A stretch of DNA of 64,000 bases from the IMG/VR virus record IMGVR_UViG_3300032092_000004, positions 32,001 through 96,000 of that record. The stretch is one strand, 5' to 3'. The stretch comes from a virus. A program made the translations under genes and the position numbers. The notes under the pieces are model-generated. The model did no database searches. It was given only the letters and a program-made list of their open reading frames with translations, and was not told the DNA's origin. Within the stretch, counting starts at the first letter, position 1, and every line of letters starts with the position of its first letter. Below are positions 41,928-52,642 of this stretch, in pieces.

Positions 41928-42697
41928 TGGAAGATATTTTTAACAAAATAAAAGAAAAAGTTAGTTATGGATTGGCAGATAATGCTGATGCAAAATACGA
42001 TACTTTGAAGGCATTAAATAAAGCCTCATCAGAACTATCAGAAGAAAAACATTTTACTGACTTTCTAAAAGATAAAGAAGATTTAATGAAAGTTTATTTG
42101 TTAGTAAAAAACAAAAAACTATCAAATAATCAAATAAGAAAAAAAATAAAAGAATATTTGAAAGACCCTGAGGAACTTAGAATTTTCCTCCAATCCATTT
42201 TAGACTCTAACAAAACAAAACATAAAGAAGAATCTAAAGAAGCCATGGGTGCGGCTTCGGCTGGTGGATACTCAATGCCATTGTTCTCAACAACTAAAGG
42301 TGATATTGTTAAAGGTGTTAAGACTGTTAGAGAACAAGCCGAATACGACTTAAGTTTTGAGGATGGTGATGGAGAAGTAACAAAAGCTGAAACAAAAGAA
42401 GCGACAAGTTCATCGTCAAGCGGACAATATAACCAACCTTCAATTTGGGCAAAATCCATGAAGAAAAAAGATTTTAGAGGTTACTCCAAATCACAAATTC
42501 CTGGTGGAAAGTTTGTTCAAGTTAAGAAAAAGTGTAAAAAATTCCCTTATTGTAATCAGGGTGATATAAAAGCATTGAAAATATTTGAAAACGAATCAGT
42601 GCAGAATGCAATAGAAAGTGTCTCGAGTAGCTACGGGATTGATAAAAACTATATTTCAGAAATTGTCTTTCAGGAAATCAGACAAAGACAAAAGTGA
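41927..42697 (+). CDS. Hypothetical protein, probably head-associated, with duplicated EA....S.G.Y..P motif
   Basis: KEAMGAASAGGYSMP and KEATSSSSSGQYNQP. Confidence 0.55.
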   Translation: MEDIFNKIKEKVSYGLADNADAKYDTLKALNKASSELSEEKHFTDFLKDKEDLMKVYLLVKNKKLSNNQIRKKIKEYLKDPEELRIFLQSILDSNKTKHKEESKEAMGAASAGGYSMPLFSTTKGDIVKGVKTVREQAEYDLSFEDGDGEVTKAETKEATSSSSSGQYNQPSIWAKSMKKKDFRGYSKSQIPGGKFVQVKKKCKKFPYCNQGDIKALKIFENESVQNAIESVSSSYGIDKNYISEIVFQEIRQRQK

Positions 42698-42721
42698 AGA
42701 TATTTATAAAGAAAAATAATT

Positions 42722-44179
42722 ATGAACACAAGACAGTATATCAACTCAAGATTTGAAAAAATTATATCAGAAAATATTAATGAGAAGGCCGACGCTATCT
42801 TACAAAGATTGAATTACGATGAGGAAGCACCATTCAACCCTGCCGGTGAAGCGTTTGACTATGTACAGGAAGGCATGAAAGAAACTTGTGAACAATGTGG
42901 AACAGAAATGACTGAAGGTGAATGTTCAGAATGTGGTTACAAAAATGAAGAAATTATGGAACTTGGTGGTATGGATGACGGACACCCAAAATATGGAAAA
43001 ATGAATTTTTCTAAATTATCAAGAAAAGAAATCGAAAAAATCATGAAAGATATGGGAAATATGGAAGATGATGAGGAAGAAGATTTTATTGAATATGGTG
43101 ATGACGATGACGATGAGTGGGAAGAAGTTGATTTAGATACTGAAACTGATTGGGATCAATTAGAAGAAGATGAGTGTACTGAATGTGGTGATATGTATGA
43201 AATTGAACTTGATGAAAAATTATACGGAAACCAAACAAAACTTGACAAGAACAAAAATGGCAGAATAGACAAAGAGGACTTCAAAATTTTGAGAAAACAA
43301 CAGGATGAAGAAGAAACTCTTTATGAAGTAGAATTTGAAAAGCGTGAATACAATGAAGGTAGTAAACCTGACTTTTTGGATTTAGACAATGACGGTAATA
43401 AAAAAGAATCTATGAAGTCTGCGGCTAAAAGTAAAAAAATGAAAAGAAAAGTTACTGAGTCTTTGATTTTTACCGAAAATGAGTTGATCAGTATGATTGA
43501 AAAAATGGTCAACGAAGAAAAGAAATTTAAAATAGATGAACCTAAAGGTTATAGAGAATATGAAAAGGCTCATAAAGCTGATAAGAAAGAAAATGATGCT
43601 TATTTAAAAATGGTCGCTAAAAAAATGACTGATTATTTGAAAGGAGCATCTGACAAAGAGTCTAAATATGAAATGAAAGAGACTCAAAAATTCCCAACTG
43701 AAAATGGTGGTAAAAGAAAAAAATACACACCATCTGAGGCTGTTGATGATTATATCGATGCATTTTCTTACCCTGGTCAAACTAATTTAGTTTATGATGA
43801 GATTAAACCAAATGATGAAAGAATTGAAAAATATTTAAAAGGTGACAGTACTACAGGAAATGCACAAGTTGATAAAGACGGAAAAGCTTTAGGTAATGTT
43901 GTACCAAGTAATGTTGGAGATAAGTTCTTTAAAAATTATAAAGACAATTTATACGGTCAAGAACAACAAAATGCTTCTTATAAAAGACAACCACAACCTG
44001 TTGATCAAGCTGGTGAAGAAACTGAAAGAGGTTCTTTAAAATCAAAAAGAGGTAAAAAGACATCACAAAGTGTTTTGAATAAAGTTGAGGAATCTGTTAA
44101 TCAAAAAGAAAAACAAAAATTAACAGAAGAATTTGAAAGAATTCAAAATCTAATGGGTTATAACCAAAAGACTCAATAA
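42722..44179 (+). CDS. Acidic head/scaffold-like protein with CxxC and EF-hand-like motifs
   Basis: CEQCG, CSECG, CTECG; DKNKNGRIDKED; DLDNDGN; TATTTATA at 42701. Confidence 0.55.
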   Translation: MNTRQYINSRFEKIISENINEKADAILQRLNYDEEAPFNPAGEAFDYVQEGMKETCEQCGTEMTEGECSECGYKNEEIMELGGMDDGHPKYGKMNFSKLSRKEIEKIMKDMGNMEDDEEEDFIEYGDDDDDEWEEVDLDTETDWDQLEEDECTECGDMYEIELDEKLYGNQTKLDKNKNGRIDKEDFKILRKQQDEEETLYEVEFEKREYNEGSKPDFLDLDNDGNKKESMKSAAKSKKMKRKVTESLIFTENELISMIEKMVNEEKKFKIDEPKGYREYEKAHKADKKENDAYLKMVAKKMTDYLKGASDKESKYEMKETQKFPTENGGKRKKYTPSEAVDDYIDAFSYPGQTNLVYDEIKPNDERIEKYLKGDSTTGNAQVDKDGKALGNVVPSNVGDKFFKNYKDNLYGQEQQNASYKRQPQPVDQAGEETERGSLKSKRGKKTSQSVLNKVEESVNQKEKQKLTEEFERIQNLMGYNQKTQ

Positions 44180-44226
44180 TTTACATTACTAAGTATTATC
44201 CTATAATTTTTTCATAGTTTTTTACT

Positions 44227-44694
44227 ATGGATAATTTTCTTAATTACATTACAAAAAATCTTGACCCTGAAGAGGTGGACATCTGGTTCAGGGTCAATAA
44301 TATAATTCCTGAAAAAATGGAATTGTATTATGACTTGTCTTATAGTCTATTCTTATTAATTAAAACCACATATCTTGGAGATGAATCTGAGGTTGGAGAA
44401 ACAACTGTAAAGATGAATGATACCGATAATGAAAAACATTTCAATTGGTGTTGGAAAAGAGTCATTGATAATTTTGAAAGGGAGAGCATTTCTTTCGACA
44501 TTGAAGGAGATCATTATGAGTACTTTTTTACCCTGTTCAATGAGATATATTATAGACAAAGTAAGGAAGTGATAAAAAATTCAATAGATGTATTCTTCAA
44601 CGATTTATTCAATAGAGAAAAGGCATTCACGCAAGTTGATCTTGATTTAATCTTCAATATATACAAAACACTTGATAAAAATCTTAAGGTTTAA
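44227..44694 (+). CDS. Hypothetical protein
   Basis: 155 aa ORF; TTTACA...TATAAT upstream. Confidence 0.6.
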   Translation: MDNFLNYITKNLDPEEVDIWFRVNNIIPEKMELYYDLSYSLFLLIKTTYLGDESEVGETTVKMNDTDNEKHFNWCWKRVIDNFERESISFDIEGDHYEYFFTLFNEIYYRQSKEVIKNSIDVFFNDLFNREKAFTQVDLDLIFNIYKTLDKNLKV

Positions 44695-44757
44695 ACTTTA
44701 CAATAGTTTATTTAGAACCTAATTTATGTGTAATAAACAATAATTTTTTAATTTTAA

Positions 44758-44928
44758 ATGGAAACTTTAGAAAAAATTAAAGAGCTTACTGAGCAACTTA
44801 GTGTTGACGTTAACAAATTCTTTGGCGGAAACAAAAGTGCTGGTACAAGAGCTAGAAAAACCTCACAAGATTTAAAAGCACTTTTACAACAATTAAGAGG
44901 TGAAATTTTAGAGGAGAAAAAAAAGTAA
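44758..44928 (+). CDS. Histone H1-like protein, Hc1 family (absent from ORF track)
   Basis: METLEKIKELTEQLSVDVNKFFGGNKSAGTRARKTSQDLKALLQQLRGEILEEKKK; GNK.AG.RARK is the family signature. Confidence 0.85.
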   Translation: METLEKIKELTEQLSVDVNKFFGGNKSAGTRARKTSQDLKALLQQLRGEILEEKKK

Positions 44929-44929
44929 T

Positions 44930-45124
44930 ATGAGGGAATTGGATATTTTGTTTCTTTTTGTTTTTGTTTTATCAATAATATTTGTAGTCAATCAAATATT
45001 TAAGATTTCTGCGGAAATATTAAGTGAAAATCCTCAGAAGATAGTTTATAGAGGATTTGAAAAAATATCCAATTACTTCTTTGCATCCTACTTAATAACT
45101 TATATTTTAATCAAATTTTTTTAA
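44930..45124 (+). CDS. Small two-TM membrane protein
   Basis: Hydrophobic segments at both ends. Confidence 0.55.
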   Translation: MRELDILFLFVFVLSIIFVVNQIFKISAEILSENPQKIVYRGFEKISNYFFASYLITYILIKFF

Positions 45125-45127
45125 AAA

Positions 45128-45556
45128 ATGTATAACGAATTAAAAGACATATTTCAATTTTTAGTGTCAGTTAGAAAATTGAAAACATACTTGACAATAG
45201 ATATTGAATTTCCGGTTAATTGGAAAATACCTAAAAAATATGTAATAGAAGATAAGATTGTTGAGAATGAAAAATTAAATGAAAATTTTAGATTTTTCTC
45301 GTTTGTTACTGAATTTAACGAAGTAGAAATGAATCAAACAGTTTCTAACATAAAGAAAATAATTTCTTATAATAAAGAAATCGAAATGAAAGAAAAACTG
45401 TTGAAACAAAAAATAGATGAGTTAAAACGAATTTTTGAGAAAGAAAACTTAGACAATTTACAGTCATTAAAATTTGATATTTTAGAAGAAAAATTAGATG
45501 ATGGAGAAGAAATCGTTGACACGAGAGGAACAAATGGTGGATTGGTTGAACAATGA
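45128..45556 (+). CDS. Hypothetical protein
   Basis: 142 aa coupled ORF. Confidence 0.6.
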   Translation: MYNELKDIFQFLVSVRKLKTYLTIDIEFPVNWKIPKKYVIEDKIVENEKLNENFRFFSFVTEFNEVEMNQTVSNIKKIISYNKEIEMKEKLLKQKIDELKRIFEKENLDNLQSLKFDILEEKLDDGEEIVDTRGTNGGLVEQ

Positions 45557-45698
45557 AATTGAAAAAGACAAGATCGAATTAGATAAAGAAAAAAAAGATT
45601 TAATAAATTCATTGAAATCAATTAAAAAAGAAGAAGTTTTACCAAAACAAGAAAAACTTAGTTTATGGAAGAAAATAAAGAAAGTGTTATTGGGGTAA
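45501..45698 (+). CDS. Hypothetical protein
   Basis: Ends in amphipathic LSLWKKIKKVLLG. Confidence 0.55.
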   Translation: MEKKSLTREEQMVDWLNNEIEKDKIELDKEKKDLINSLKSIKKEEVLPKQEKLSLWKKIKKVLLG

Positions 45699-45982
45699 TA
45701 GAAAAATTGGCATTAGTTACTGATGGACTACAAAATATTTTTCCTGACGGTAAAATCATTTGTGTTTATGAATTAAATGATGATGACTTCACACAAGTAC
45801 AAGAAAATTTTCGTAAAATAGATCACACACACAAAAGATTTTCAATTGATATTTCAGGAATTGAACACGTATTTATTCATGAAAATTTTGAAAGATCTGA
45901 AAATAAAAAAGAAGTCAAAATAGAAGAACCAAAAAAACAAAGTTTGATCAGAAAAATACTATCTAGTTTTAAAGGTAGTTGA
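45665..45982 (+). CDS. Hypothetical protein
   Basis: 105 aa; similar amphipathic C-terminus SLIRKILSSF. Confidence 0.55.
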   Translation: MEENKESVIGVIEKLALVTDGLQNIFPDGKIICVYELNDDDFTQVQENFRKIDHTHKRFSIDISGIEHVFIHENFERSENKKEVKIEEPKKQSLIRKILSSFKGS

Positions 45983-46597
45983 TCTTCTATATAGAGATTG
46001 TTTACTAATACCTTTTTCAGATAAAATATCATACAAGTATTTCTTTTGAGCTTTAGAGGATTCAGAAACTATTATACAATCAATTCTTTCTTGAGAAATT
46101 AAAAATTCATTAAGACTATCCAAAAATCTTTTGGATTCGTTTTCATCCTTTAAAGAAAACAACTTAACGTCATTATCATTTTGTAAAACAACCTTATTAT
46201 TTAATCTTGAAATTAACTTTATTGAATTTTTTGGTAAGTAGTTTTCGATAAAAACCTCCATAGTTATTTTTGTCTTTTTATCAACATCGTAGATTTTTTC
46301 AGGTATTTTGTATTTTACGACTTTAACAATTTTATAATCAGGATCATCTAAGTCCACCAAAACCTGTCTACCCATCTCATCCCTAACAAACATCTTATCA
46401 AAAATATTATTTTTCTTTTCAAGGATAGATAATTCATAATCACAAGGTTTTGCATTCTCAACTTTAGTTTCAAAAATGACAGATCTATTTTCATCAATTA
46501 GTCTATCAAAGAAAAGATTGGCCCTTTCTTTAGTTTTAAATTTGTTGATTATTTTTTTTCTTTCTTTATTTTTAAAGATAACAACTAAGTAGTTCAT
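45959..46597 (-). CDS. Hypothetical protein
   Basis: 212 aa ORF. Confidence 0.6.
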   Translation of the reverse strand: MNYLVVIFKNKERKKIINKFKTKERANLFFDRLIDENRSVIFETKVENAKPCDYELSILEKKNNIFDKMFVRDEMGRQVLVDLDDPDYKIVKVVKYKIPEKIYDVDKKTKITMEVFIENYLPKNSIKLISRLNNKVVLQNDNDVKLFSLKDENESKRFLDSLNEFLISQERIDCIIVSESSKAQKKYLYDILSEKGISKQSLYRRSTTFKTR

Positions 46598-46626
46598 AAA
46601 TTAATAATAATATTTTCTTTTTATAA

Positions 46627-47544
46627 ATGAATAATGAAAATTTTTACCAAGTTCTAGGAGTCCAAGAAAATGCGACTCAAGATGAAATAAAGAAGTCATA
46701 CCGTAATTTGGCGAAAAAGAATCACCCAGATGCAGGAGGTGATGAAGACAAGTTTAAAAAGATTTCGGTTGCTTACGATGTTTTGAGCGATGAATCCAAA
46801 AGAAGAGAATACGATGCTAAGAGAAGAAATCCATTTGGTAATCATGATAACTATGAAGATATGTTCTCTAACATGTTTGGTGCTAGAAAAACAAGACAAA
46901 CTGTTCATACCACAAATATCACAGTAAATGTTGGTGTTTTAGATTCATACAGAGCAAGTAAACATTCTCTATCGTATAGAAGACAAACAATGTGCGAACC
47001 ATGTTCAGGTACTGGAGGTGATAAAAAAACTTGTGTGACTTGTAATGGATCAGGTGTTGTAGTTAGACAAGTTGGGTCAGGATTTTTCGTACAAGTAGTA
47101 CAGATGGCTTGTGATGGATGTGGTGGAACTGGAAGTATAACCATTAACCCATGTTTTATGTGTAGTGGAAGTGGGTCAAAACCTGAAATAAAAAACTTGG
47201 ATATATCTTTACCCCATGGGATAGATAATGGTCAGTTTTTAAGATTACAAGGAATGGGAGATTTCAAAAACGGAAACTATGGTGATTTAGTTGTTAGAAT
47301 TGATTTGAAACCACAAGATGGATTTGATAAAATAGGTAACCACTTGGTTTATAATGTTTATATGAATCTTGATGAACTTAAACAAGGAAGTTTTAATGTA
47401 CCACATCCTGATGGTATGTTGAATGTTAAAATGCCAAAGAAAGTGGACACATCATTACCATTAAGAGTAAAATCAAAAGGATTTAGATTGGATACTGTTG
47501 GTGATTTGATGATCAACCAATACGTAAGATTTGATAGGGATTAG
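46627..47544 (+). CDS. dnaJ: DnaJ chaperone
   Basis: J-domain with HPD, four CxxCxGxG repeats, DnaJ C-terminal domain. Confidence 0.93.
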   Translation: MNNENFYQVLGVQENATQDEIKKSYRNLAKKNHPDAGGDEDKFKKISVAYDVLSDESKRREYDAKRRNPFGNHDNYEDMFSNMFGARKTRQTVHTTNITVNVGVLDSYRASKHSLSYRRQTMCEPCSGTGGDKKTCVTCNGSGVVVRQVGSGFFVQVVQMACDGCGGTGSITINPCFMCSGSGSKPEIKNLDISLPHGIDNGQFLRLQGMGDFKNGNYGDLVVRIDLKPQDGFDKIGNHLVYNVYMNLDELKQGSFNVPHPDGMLNVKMPKKVDTSLPLRVKSKGFRLDTVGDLMINQYVRFDRD

Positions 47545-47702
47545 AATAAAGATACGATGTCTTTAATAAACGATACAATACCGTAGATACCAAAAAAGAA
47601 AAATATCCCACCACCAATTAAAACGAATCTTTGGGTGTTCTGTACTTGTTTACTTTCTTCACAAGTTTTACATTTTACTTCTGTTGCTTTTTCCTTTTCC
47701 AT
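47541..47702 (-). CDS. 53-aa membrane peptide with CxxC (absent from ORF track)
   Basis: [53 protein letters not shown]. Confidence 0.6.
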   Translation of the reverse strand: MEKEKATEVKCKTCEESKQVQNTQRFVLIGGGIFFFFGIYGIVSFIKDIVSLF

Positions 47703-47710
47703 ATAATAAA

Positions 47711-48223
47711 TTATAATACAATGGTTTTAATATGAAAATAGTTTTCCAACATTACTTTCTTCTGTTGGGGTTTGTTTTTGTTGAAGAATCTAAGATAATT
47801 ACCATCTAATGAATAAGTACTAGTCGGAACTACGTAAAGATTATCTCTACGAGTGGATTTCTCAAGTATAAATTCTATATAATCAAATACCTCTTCGTCG
47901 AAATTATCTTCATCTCTGAAGACAAACTTCAAACGATCACCTTGTGGATACCCTTCAAAAGAATTTAAGATTTTTCTATATTTTAACTCTATAACTTGTG
48001 ATAAAATGTTGTTTGGGACAGCAACTCTTTCGTGTGTTAAAGTGTCAGAATCAATTGAGTCTAAAATCGCACTTCGTATGAAATTAAAATTTCTGTTACC
48101 CATTCTATCAATTGTTTGATGAGTTGAAGCATAAAATGAATCACCTTCAGGACTGATAAATAATAAATCCTCCATATCGGCTTGCTCAACTATAATTGAT
48201 CTTAAAATTTGAAACATTTTCAT
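47711..48223 (-). CDS. Hypothetical protein with ILRSIIVEQ leader
   Basis: Start revised to ATG at 48223, just after minus-strand TATTTAT (48230-48236); this avoids overlap with dam. Confidence 0.6.
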   Translation of the reverse strand: MKMFQILRSIIVEQADMEDLLFISPEGDSFYASTHQTIDRMGNRNFNFIRSAILDSIDSDTLTHERVAVPNNILSQVIELKYRKILNSFEGYPQGDRLKFVFRDEDNFDEEVFDYIEFILEKSTRRDNLYVVPTSTYSLDGNYLRFFNKNKPQQKKVMLENYFHIKTIVL

Positions 48224-48291
48224 ATTAGAATAAATAGTTGTAAAATGAAAATACAATTGATTAGTCGTCTTGTTTTTACTATCTTTATTAC

Positions 48292-49131
48292 ATGTTAAGT
48301 TATATTGGTGGAAAAAGTAAAATTGGTAAATGGATTGTTCCATTCTACGATAAAGATATGGAGGTTTATGTAGAAACTTTTGGCGGAATGTTTTGGTGTT
48401 TTTTTAATATGGACCTGAAACAGTTCCCAAACCTTAAAAAAGTCGTTTATAATGACTTTAACCCGCTGAACTACAACCTCTTCAAATGCGTTCAAAACCC
48501 AACTGAACTATTGAAAGCGATAAACGCAATTGATTGTCAAAAGTTGGGTGAGGAACCAACCCCACCAATATATAAAGAACAATTTGTAAGCTTTCAGGCT
48601 GAATTATTTGGTGAAAATTTCAGCGTAGAACCTGGCAATTATGAAGTTGCCGCTAAATATGTGTACATTCTAACACAAGTCTTTAGTGGGTCAAAACCTG
48701 AAACATCAAACTTTATTGATCTTAAAGGAAAGTATAAATCAAAATATCTTACCTTTAGAGATAAGTTATCAAAACCTGATTGGATTGATCATTTCCTTAA
48801 AATTACAGAAGTAGAGAACATGGACTTTGCGGATGTAATTGAGAAATACGACTCACCGTCTACTTACATATATTTAGACCCACCATACTGGAAAACAGAG
48901 AATTACTACTCCAACCACGACTTTGATCGTCAAGATCATGAACGTTTGGCTAATGTACTACATGGAGTTCAAGGTAAATTTTCTTTATCTTACTATGACT
49001 TTGAATTACTTCACGAATGGTTCCCCGAAGACCAATACACTTGGGTTAGAAAAGAGTTCGCCAAAGCGGCTTCGGCTAAGAAAGGGGAGAAACAAAATAT
49101 GGGGGAAGAATTATTGATAATGAATTATTAA
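48292..49131 (+). CDS. dam: DNA adenine methyltransferase (D12/Dam-like)
   Basis: YIGGKS, ETFGG, NDFN, YLDPPY. Confidence 0.88.
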   Translation: MLSYIGGKSKIGKWIVPFYDKDMEVYVETFGGMFWCFFNMDLKQFPNLKKVVYNDFNPLNYNLFKCVQNPTELLKAINAIDCQKLGEEPTPPIYKEQFVSFQAELFGENFSVEPGNYEVAAKYVYILTQVFSGSKPETSNFIDLKGKYKSKYLTFRDKLSKPDWIDHFLKITEVENMDFADVIEKYDSPSTYIYLDPPYWKTENYYSNHDFDRQDHERLANVLHGVQGKFSLSYYDFELLHEWFPEDQYTWVRKEFAKAASAKKGEKQNMGEELLIMNY

Positions 49132-49171
49132 TTTTTTACAGTTTACAAATATTTATTAAATAAAAAATATT

Positions 49172-50554
49172 ATGTCACTTAGGTTCACCAATCTATTAAG
49201 AGATCTTATTGTTGAAAGTTCAAGATTTCAAGTATTATTCGATAAGTTCGTAAAACCAAAAGAAAGAGGTCAAAGAGGTATTATGCCTTTTGAAACTTTA
49301 TTCGCACTAATCGCCGCAGATCCAACTACAAAGGTCCCTGAAGGTATGGACATTGATAATGTTAAACCTGAACAGATGGAGAAGGTTAAAATTGGAAAAT
49401 ATGCTCAGTGGTTATTAAAAAACTTTACCACACCTAGATTGGAACCAAACCATCCTTTGATGGTATTAGACCCACAATCAAGTCAATATAAATCAGCTTT
49501 AACGCAATTCCAAGATCTTTTCATGGAAGACTTATATAAGGTAACAACAAACCTCCAAAAATACGAAAGATTTAAAAATAGATTATCTCAAGAATATAGA
49601 GATATTAACAAACTAACTCCTGAGACTCTTTATGATCAAGTTAAAGATTTTAGTTTAGAAAAAACTAAAGCAACAGCTGCTGAGAAAAAAGAAGCATCTC
49701 AGACATTCGCTCACCCTGGTGCTGATATCGTCTATAGAGGTCAAGATTGGACAGTTGCCAAAATATCAGACAAAGGTCCATTAGGTAAAGAAGCGGCATG
49801 TTTCTATGGTGGATCTCATAATGAGGCAAGACGAGGTGAAACTAACTGGTGTACATCATCACCTGGACTTTCTTGGTTTGATCGTTATATCGGTAAAGGA
49901 CCGTTATATGTTGTGATCCCAAATAAACCATCATCGTTTAAATCTTACGGAAAAGAAACGGGTGAAGTTTCAGGATTACCAGCAAACAGATACCAATTCC
50001 ACTTCCCTGATAACCAATTCATGGATGCGGATGACAGACAAATCAATTTGATTGAATTCTTAAATACAAATGAAGAAGGGCTAAAACAATTCTTCAAACC
50101 TGAGTTTATGAAGTCATTAGCTGGAGATAAAGGTGAAAAAGTCGTGATTGATTATCCAGGTGATTCGGCATCAAAATTCATTGCACTTTATGGTTTTGAC
50201 GAATTCTTTGCCACTCTTCCTCAGTCATTGAAAAGACTTACATTCAAAAACACATCAAGAGACAAAATATCATTAAATATTCCAAACGACATTGGAAGAT
50301 TCAAACAGTTAAACGCAATCAACTTTGTTGGGTGTGTTGCAACTATACCTGAAGCAATTTGTCAATTACAAAATTTACAATATTTATCTTTAGTTAATAA
50401 CCCAGACCTTCAAAGATTACCCGAATGTGTTGGGGATATGCAAAACCTTATGGTACTAAACCTTGGAGGATCCGATCCTAAGAAAGTTCTACCTGAATCT
50501 GTATTCAGAAGAGCTGAAACAGACGAAGACTTCAACTTATTTACACACTCTTAA
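49172..50554 (+). CDS. Protein with central WCT-motif domain and C-terminal leucine-rich repeats
   Basis: EAACFYG...TNWCTS; IPNDIGRFKQL, IPEAICQLQNLQYLSL, LPECVGDMQNLMVLNL. Confidence 0.7.
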   Translation: MSLRFTNLLRDLIVESSRFQVLFDKFVKPKERGQRGIMPFETLFALIAADPTTKVPEGMDIDNVKPEQMEKVKIGKYAQWLLKNFTTPRLEPNHPLMVLDPQSSQYKSALTQFQDLFMEDLYKVTTNLQKYERFKNRLSQEYRDINKLTPETLYDQVKDFSLEKTKATAAEKKEASQTFAHPGADIVYRGQDWTVAKISDKGPLGKEAACFYGGSHNEARRGETNWCTSSPGLSWFDRYIGKGPLYVVIPNKPSSFKSYGKETGEVSGLPANRYQFHFPDNQFMDADDRQINLIEFLNTNEEGLKQFFKPEFMKSLAGDKGEKVVIDYPGDSASKFIALYGFDEFFATLPQSLKRLTFKNTSRDKISLNIPNDIGRFKQLNAINFVGCVATIPEAICQLQNLQYLSLVNNPDLQRLPECVGDMQNLMVLNLGGSDPKKVLPESVFRRAETDEDFNLFTHS

Positions 50555-50556
50555 AA

Positions 50557-51231
50557 ATGAATAGAAGATTAATAATTAATGAAGAAGAAAAAAGAAGAAT
50601 TTTAAATCTTCATGAAAGTAGAAGATCTAAAGAATTAGGTTTTTTATTTGAAGCCGATAATGATCAAGTAGACGGTGTTTACAACAATGACAAAGATTAC
50701 GACTACAAAAAAGAAGGAGACAATTACTTCTTCAAATTGAAGGAAACCCCTGCCAGTCCTAAGGCTCAGGCATATAAAAAACAAGGGAAATTTGCAGATT
50801 GGACAGCAGCGACAGGGGATGCAAAAGATGCTATCGCAAAATTACCATTCTTAGCCAATTTAACCGCATTCCAAGGGCCAGGTGATGTTGACGGAAGTGA
50901 TGAGGCGTTTGGCGAACCACAAACCGCACCTACAACATCTGCAAATACCGCATCAGTCACAACATCGGCAGCAACACCTACCGCTTCAACAACACCCGCA
51001 GCTTCAACAACACCAACAACTACGTCAAAAAACCCTGATGTTTTAGCAGACTTAAAAACAGCATCACAAATCAGACAAGAATTTAGACAAGGTAAAAGAG
51101 ATAAAAACAAAGCGACAAGACAATACAATCAAATGGTTAATAAATATAACAAATTAAAAAGTAAAATGAGTCCACAAGATAATTCTGCTTATCTACAAGC
51201 AATTAACCAATTAAAACAACAAATTGGATAA
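50557..51231 (+). CDS. Hypothetical protein with INEEEKRRILNLHE leader and Thr/Ala/Pro tract
   Basis: 224 aa. Confidence 0.6.
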   Translation: MNRRLIINEEEKRRILNLHESRRSKELGFLFEADNDQVDGVYNNDKDYDYKKEGDNYFFKLKETPASPKAQAYKKQGKFADWTAATGDAKDAIAKLPFLANLTAFQGPGDVDGSDEAFGEPQTAPTTSANTASVTTSAATPTASTTPAASTTPTTTSKNPDVLADLKTASQIRQEFRQGKRDKNKATRQYNQMVNKYNKLKSKMSPQDNSAYLQAINQLKQQIG

Positions 51232-51251
51232 TAAATAAATAACACTATTTC

Positions 51252-51286
51252 AAACCCCCCCTTCTTTTGATCGGGGGTTTTTTATT
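51252..51286 (+). terminator. Intrinsic terminator
   Basis: AAACCCCC...GGGGGTTT followed by T run. Confidence 0.75.
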
Positions 51287-51306
51287 TTACAAAGTATTTA
51301 TCTTAT

Positions 51307-51681
51307 ATGAAAATCATCATAACCGAAGAACAATATAATCTAATTCAAGAAGAATATAGAAGGGATCGTTTCGATGCTGAGTATGCAGATGAATATCCTC
51401 AGTATAAGAAGTTGTTTTTAAAGACCATTTCTAAAGATGTTGGAAGTTGGGGTGAAGCACACAACTCAATATATTTAACGGATGAAAAAGGAAATCCTCT
51501 GTTTGTTTATAGAAGACCATATAAAACCCTATACTACGACTACTCAATAGATAGGGATATGGAAGATTATATACCTTCCCATATAATATCAAGACACTTA
51601 AAAAATGCGGTTTATGATTTCTTCAAAGGACTCTTCCCTGATGTTGAAATAAAAGAGGTAAATGGAGCTAATATTGGTTAG
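51307..51681 (+). CDS. MKIIITE-leader protein 1
   Basis: MKIIITEEQYNLIQEE. Confidence 0.7.
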   Translation: MKIIITEEQYNLIQEEYRRDRFDAEYADEYPQYKKLFLKTISKDVGSWGEAHNSIYLTDEKGNPLFVYRRPYKTLYYDYSIDRDMEDYIPSHIISRHLKNAVYDFFKGLFPDVEIKEVNGANIG

Positions 51682-51683
51682 TT

Positions 51684-52088
51684 ATGAAAATAATAATATC
51701 TGAACAACAATATAGAATGTTATCTGAGTCAAAATTAGACCGAATGCAAAATCTTATTGACATGGCTTTTGAGGAGGTAAAAGAAAATTGCGAAGGTGGT
51801 TATTACGTAATGGCACACCAAGATTATATATGCGATCCAATAGATATGATTGAAGAAATTAAAGTTGTCGATGTCTCAAAGTCAACATCTATGAATTATT
51901 TTGAAAAAAATAAAATGGAATCAATAAACATTACTATTGATTTTTATATTGATTCAATACGTAAATATAATAATTTAGACAATTTTATTTATGAATTACA
52001 AGAAGAGGCAAGAAATGTAATTGGGGCTAAAGTAATTATTATATCCGTAAGAGATATAATTAATAAAAGAAAAGACTTTAATTTTTGA
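51684..52088 (+). CDS. MKIIITE-leader protein 2
   Basis: MKIIISEQQYRMLSES. Confidence 0.7.
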   Translation: MKIIISEQQYRMLSESKLDRMQNLIDMAFEEVKENCEGGYYVMAHQDYICDPIDMIEEIKVVDVSKSTSMNYFEKNKMESINITIDFYIDSIRKYNNLDNFIYELQEEARNVIGAKVIIISVRDIINKRKDFNF

Positions 52089-52642
52089 TGAAAATAATAA
52101 TATCTGATAACCAATATAGTCTTTTAAAAGAATCAGTCGCCATTAAAAACATTGAAGGTCTTAAAAAGTATTGGAGAAACCAACAAAAAAAAGGTGAACA
52201 AATTAGATTTAATAAAGAAGATTTAGAATTTTGGGGTATTACAACCAGACAGGAAAAGTATTACGCTCAACAGGCATTTCGAGAATTAGTTGGAGATGAA
52301 GAATTTACTAAAAAATTTATTAAAAAATTAATTGGTAAAACATTTTCAACAAAAGACTTCGATGAAAAAATTGTTGGTGGATATGATTTTGAGTGGGTAA
52401 TCACTGATATGGAATATATAGATTATGATTTTTATTTATATGGAAAAACATTACCGGGAGGAATTGTTACTCTTATTAGTGGTAGACACTTATCTTTAAA
52501 TGAAGCGATAAAAGATGAAGATTTAGGTTGGGAAATCCAAGAAGAAATTAGAGACGTTGTCCAAGACTCTATGGATGAAATAATTTTACCTGTTACTGGA
52601 AATGAAGTAATAGTACCATATTTTACAATATCTGAAGAATGA
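52088..52642 (+). CDS. MKIIITE-leader protein 3
   Basis: MKIIISDNQYSLLKES. Confidence 0.7.
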   Translation: MKIIISDNQYSLLKESVAIKNIEGLKKYWRNQQKKGEQIRFNKEDLEFWGITTRQEKYYAQQAFRELVGDEEFTKKFIKKLIGKTFSTKDFDEKIVGGYDFEWVITDMEYIDYDFYLYGKTLPGGIVTLISGRHLSLNEAIKDEDLGWEIQEEIRDVVQDSMDEIILPVTGNEVIVPYFTISEE

